DNA of 64,000 nucleotides from Patescibacteria group bacterium (GTDB lineage Bacteria; Patescibacteriota; Saccharimonadia; Saccharimonadales; Saccharimonadaceae): NCBI GenBank assembly GCA_040384745.1, contig JAZKIT010000002.1, positions 87,425 to 151,424 of the forward strand, read 5' to 3'. Shown piece by piece: positions 60,607 to 64,000 of this stretch (position 1 is its first letter; each line of letters starts with the position of its first letter). The notes under the pieces were generated by a model. It saw only the letters and a program-made list of their open reading frames with translations, ran no database searches and was not told where the DNA came from. The position numbers and the translations under genes were made by a program.

Positions 60607-62358
60607 ATGCAGGACGCAAAAGAAGAGGTACGGGCACGGCTGAATATTGAGGATGTGATTGGTGAATACGTCCAGCTCAAACGTGCCGGTCGTAACTTCA
60701 AGGGCCTCAGTCCTTTTACGTCCGAACGAACGCCTAGTTTTACGGTCAGCCCTGAAAAACATATTTGGCACGACTTCTCGAGTGGCAAAGGTGGTGATGT
60801 CTTTAGCTTTGTCATGGAGGTTGAAGGTCTTGATTTTCGCGCGGCCCTCGAGCAACTTGCTCGCAAAGCCGGCGTCGACTTGTCGCTCTACGACAGCAAG
60901 CAGTCGGGTGAGATCGCCCAAAAAAAACGCCGCCAAATTGAAGCTAACGAGCTTGCCTGTCGGTACTTTCAGCAGAGCTTGCTGCAGAACCAACACGCGC
61001 TGGAGTACGTGTTTAAAAAGCGGGCCTTAAGCAAAGACATCGTTCAAGAATTTAAGATTGGGTACGCGCCCGATGAAGGTGAGGCGGCCGTCCGGTTCTT
61101 AATGAAAAAAGGCTTCGACCGTCAGGAACTTTCTGAAGCCGGGCTGACCAACCGTTTTGGTGGCGATATCTTTCGTGGTCGCATGACCGTACCCTTAATG
61201 GACCCGAGCGGGCAGGTGATTGGCTTTACCGGCCGAATCCTGAAGGATGACCCAAAAGCGCCGAAATATTTGAACACCCCGCAGACGTTGGTGTACGACA
61301 AGTCGCGGCATGTGTTTGGGCTCAGTCAGGCAAAAGAATCGATACGCAAGGAAGCGTTTTCGGTTGTTGTTGAAGGTAACTTAGACGTTGTGAGTAGTCA
61401 CCAGGCGGGCGTCAAGAACGTGGTTGCCAGTGCGGGAACGGCACTGACCGAAGGACACCTTAAATCATTAGCCCGTCTTAGCCACGACGTACGGCTATCG
61501 TTTGATGCTGACAAGGCAGGGCTAGCCGCAACCGAGCGAGCCATTCCGATTGCTGGGCAGGTTGGCGTTGAGTTATCGATTATCAGTCTTCCGGACGGTG
61601 CAAAAGACCCCGACGAACTGATTCAGCAAAGCGTCGATGCCTGGAAAAATGCCACGCGGTCATCAGAGCCGGTCGTCGACTGGGTCCTGCGACAATATTC
61701 GGCACGTGAAGACATGACGACCGCGGCGGGAAAACGCCGGTTTACAACCGAAAGCTTAGCCGTGATTTCAAAACTGCAAGACCCGGTCGAACAAGAGCAT
61801 TATTTAAATCAGATTGCCGGCATGACCGATACGTCACTCGATGCCGTGAAAGTGAAGCTGCAAAAAGGCGAGTCGGTCGGGGCTCCGGCGCTCCGGCAGG
61901 TTCGTCGTTCTGATGGCGGTCAGCAGTCTAGTGAGGCTAAGCTACCTAAAGCTGACAACCAAGACAATCTATTGGCGGTGCTCATGGCGCACCCGGAAAG
62001 CCGTCATCATTTGGGTGGTTTTGACACGACAGTGCTTGCCGGGCAAGAGCGCCAGCAGATCGCTGAATGGTTAAAGAATCACATGGAACCGTTCCAAGAG
62101 GTGCCCGAGGCGTTGAAACCCCTTGAAACATATGTTAAAATTATACAACTGAAGGCCGAGACACGGTATGAAGGCTGGAGTGAGCAAGATAGCTCGCTCG
62201 AAGTAGCCAAACTACTCCGCCAAACTGAAGTCGAACACAAGAAACAAACCAAGCAGCGACTCATACACGAACTGCGAGATGCTGAAAGCAGTGGCGACGA
62301 CGCCACAGCCGAAACGTTACGCTCACAGCTGTATGCACTAATCAAGGAGACCGCCTGA
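60607..62358 (+). CDS. dnaG: DNA primase
   Basis: It has the zinc-ribbon region [36 protein letters not shown] and a TOPRIM domain ([11 protein letters not shown]). TATACT lies 6 nt upstream of the ATG. Confidence 0.93.
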   Translation: MQDAKEEVRARLNIEDVIGEYVQLKRAGRNFKGLSPFTSERTPSFTVSPEKHIWHDFSSGKGGDVFSFVMEVEGLDFRAALEQLARKAGVDLSLYDSKQSGEIAQKKRRQIEANELACRYFQQSLLQNQHALEYVFKKRALSKDIVQEFKIGYAPDEGEAAVRFLMKKGFDRQELSEAGLTNRFGGDIFRGRMTVPLMDPSGQVIGFTGRILKDDPKAPKYLNTPQTLVYDKSRHVFGLSQAKESIRKEAFSVVVEGNLDVVSSHQAGVKNVVASAGTALTEGHLKSLARLSHDVRLSFDADKAGLAATERAIPIAGQVGVELSIISLPDGAKDPDELIQQSVDAWKNATRSSEPVVDWVLRQYSAREDMTTAAGKRRFTTESLAVISKLQDPVEQEHYLNQIAGMTDTSLDAVKVKLQKGESVGAPALRQVRRSDGGQQSSEAKLPKADNQDNLLAVLMAHPESRHHLGGFDTTVLAGQERQQIAEWLKNHMEPFQEVPEALKPLETYVKIIQLKAETRYEGWSEQDSSLEVAKLLRQTEVEHKKQTKQRLIHELRDAESSGDDATAETLRSQLYALIKETA

Positions 62359-63437
62359 TGGCCGATGACCCAAAGAAGCAACCACTGACCGACGAAGAGA
62401 TTAACACTCTTGAAGGTATTGAAGAGCCGGACGTTGCCGAGCTTCAAGACGAAGAAGAGGACGACGAAGATACGCTGAACTCGAACCAGTATTTCGATGA
62501 CGTGTCTGACGACTCGGTTCGTTTGTACCTTCGTGAAATCGGTAAGATTCCGCTGCTAAATTCTGAGGAAGAACTGACTCTCGCAAACCAGGTCGTTGCA
62601 AATCGTGACGAACTTGCCGAAGTGTTGGCACAGATTGCCGAACTGAGCACGAAGTCAGAGCGATCAAAAAAAGAACTCGATCTTGTTACGCGTGCGGCTA
62701 AGCTACGCCGTCCGAAAGACAAGATGGCCGAAGCCAACATGCGTCTGGTTGTTTCGATTGCCAAGCGTTATTCTGGTCGCGGCCTGGACTTTTTGGACCT
62801 GATTCAAGAAGGTAACACCGGTTTGCTGCGCGCCGTCGAAAAGTTCGACCCGGACAAGGGGTTTAAGTTTTCAACCTACGCCACATGGTGGATTCGCCAG
62901 GCGATTACCCGTGCCATCGCCGACCAAGCACGTGTAATTCGTATTCCAGTACACATGGTTGAAACCATCAACAAGCTGCTTCGTACGCAGCGTCGCATGA
63001 CCCAAGAGCTGAACCGCGAACCAACCATTGAAGAACTCGCTAAAGAGCTTGAAATGGAACCGGAAAAAGTCGAATACGTTATTAAGATCAAGCAGGACAT
63101 CCAGTCACTCGACGCCGGTGTTGGTCGTGACGGTGAAGATGAGGATTCAGTGCTGCAGGACTTCATCGAAGACGAAGATTCTGTCACACCAGAACAATCC
63201 GCGACGACTCAGCTGCTCAAAGAACAGGTACAGAGTGTGCTGTCGACGCTGTCTGATCGTGAACAAAAGATTGTTCGCATGCGATTTGGCCTCGACAACG
63301 GCAAAAGCCACACGCTCGAAGAAGTAGGGCAGGAATTCGCTGTTACTCGGGAACGTATCCGTCAAATCGAAGCCAAGGCACTCGCCAAGCTTCGTAAGCA
63401 CAAAGACGCCAAGAAGCTACACGAATATCTTAAGTAG
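62358..63437 (+). CDS. rpoD: RNA polymerase sigma-70 factor RpoD
   Basis: Region 2 [37 protein letters not shown], and region 4 [28 protein letters not shown] overlap with dnaG. Confidence 0.95.
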   Translation: MADDPKKQPLTDEEINTLEGIEEPDVAELQDEEEDDEDTLNSNQYFDDVSDDSVRLYLREIGKIPLLNSEEELTLANQVVANRDELAEVLAQIAELSTKSERSKKELDLVTRAAKLRRPKDKMAEANMRLVVSIAKRYSGRGLDFLDLIQEGNTGLLRAVEKFDPDKGFKFSTYATWWIRQAITRAIADQARVIRIPVHMVETINKLLRTQRRMTQELNREPTIEELAKELEMEPEKVEYVIKIKQDIQSLDAGVGRDGEDEDSVLQDFIEDEDSVTPEQSATTQLLKEQVQSVLSTLSDREQKIVRMRFGLDNGKSHTLEEVGQEFAVTRERIRQIEAKALAKLRKHKDAKKLHEYLK

Positions 63438-63443
63438 TCCGCG

Positions 63444-63452
63444 TGCTATAAT
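63444..63452 (+). promoter_or_regulatory. Extended -10 TGCTATAAT 6 nt upstream of the pilin ATG
   Basis: No SD. This is the same architecture as the other pilin genes. Confidence 0.5.
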
Positions 63453-63458
63453 TTGCTT

Positions 63459-64000
63459 ATGTTAAAGCGTGGGCAAAGACAAACCGGATTCACTATCGTC
63501 GAGCTGCTCATTGTCATCGTCGTCATAGGAATATTGGCGGCGATTACTATTGTCGCATTCAACGGCATCCAACAACGGGCACGAAACACGCAGCGGGTTA
63601 CTGTCGCGAAGGATTGGCAAAAAATAATTACGGCCTATGCGACCACCAACACATCGTACCCGAGCGGCATGATAAACAATCACTACTGTCTTGGAAGTGA
63701 GGGGTACCCAACTAATTTTGATGTAAATGCCGATGTGGATTGCTTTGGCACCGGCAATATTAAGCACCCACTGGCGAGTGCGAATACGGCATTCGGCACG
63801 ATCGCATCACTTCCGAAATACCCCGGCGACAGTATTGTCACTGGGGCGGCGATTGGTACGGTCGTCGGCATCAGCCTTCGAGCCCAAGATACACTTGATC
63901 CGGCAGGTACGCCGAAAATTCAGTACCCGATGCTGCAATACTGGCTGCACGGTACTAATCAGGACTGTGTGCTTCGACCGGTAGCCCAGAGTGTTGCTGG
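63459..64000 (+). CDS. Type IV pilin (3' end beyond the window)
   Basis: MLKRGQRQTG|FTIVELLIVIVVIGILAAITIVAFNG. The frame is open to the window edge, and it is missing from the ORF track because no stop is reached. Confidence 0.85.
   Translation, partial: MLKRGQRQTGFTIVELLIVIVVIGILAAITIVAFNGIQQRARNTQRVTVAKDWQKIITAYATTNTSYPSGMINNHYCLGSEGYPTNFDVNADVDCFGTGNIKHPLASANTAFGTIASLPKYPGDSIVTGAAIGTVVGISLRAQDTLDPAGTPKIQYPMLQYWLHGTNQDCVLRPVAQSVA

Noticed and set aside
1-64000. Alternative genetic code (UGA recoding, as in some CPR lineages), CRISPR arrays, rRNA genes
   Set aside because: Housekeeping genes are full length with standard stops, and several end in TGA at the expected length. No direct-repeat/spacer arrays or rRNA-like sequence were seen.

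Overview
This is a 64-kb, densely coding chromosomal fragment at roughly 50% GC. Long ORFs read cleanly in the standard code. I saw no rRNA, CRISPR array, transposase or integrase. The gene content points to a reduced, Saccharibacteria/CPR-like genome, but that taxonomic call is inference only. The evidence is five type IV pilin genes with GFTIVELLIVIVVIG N-termini, a Gram-positive-type T4SS-like module, FemAB plus a short MurE, and many single-copy housekeeping genes (valS, argS, pyrG, groESL, nrdAB, dnaG-rpoD, tsaD, rlmH, orn, rnhA, msrB, mscL).

The accessory region is at the left, 1-13.9 kb. It carries a minus-strand T4SS-like membrane module: a partial VirB4-like candidate, a PrgI-like gene, two giant VirB6-like paralogues and an NTF2-like anchored protein. 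This module sits divergent from seven tandem T4SS-pilin-like genes, with an eighth copy 1.9 kb away.

Five tRNAs are present: Ser-UGA, Ser-GCU, Ser-CGA, Ser-GGA and Arg-GCG. Three of them are followed by hairpins that copy their own T-arm.

Other points worth a second look:
- a GC-rich, hairpin-dense roughly 300-nt non-coding block with its own promoter-like element
- a roughly 400-bp GC3-extreme foreign-looking gene
- three tiny acidic ORFs between nrdA and nrdB
- a membrane mini-ORF between groES and groEL
- a helicase-less nuclease-methyltransferase fusion with an AT-rich middle segment
- a duplicated TTCACGTGAA palindrome upstream of valS
- pervasive extended -10 boxes 6-8 nt from start codons, suggesting leaderless mRNAs

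All functional calls come from reading motifs by eye. No searches were run.
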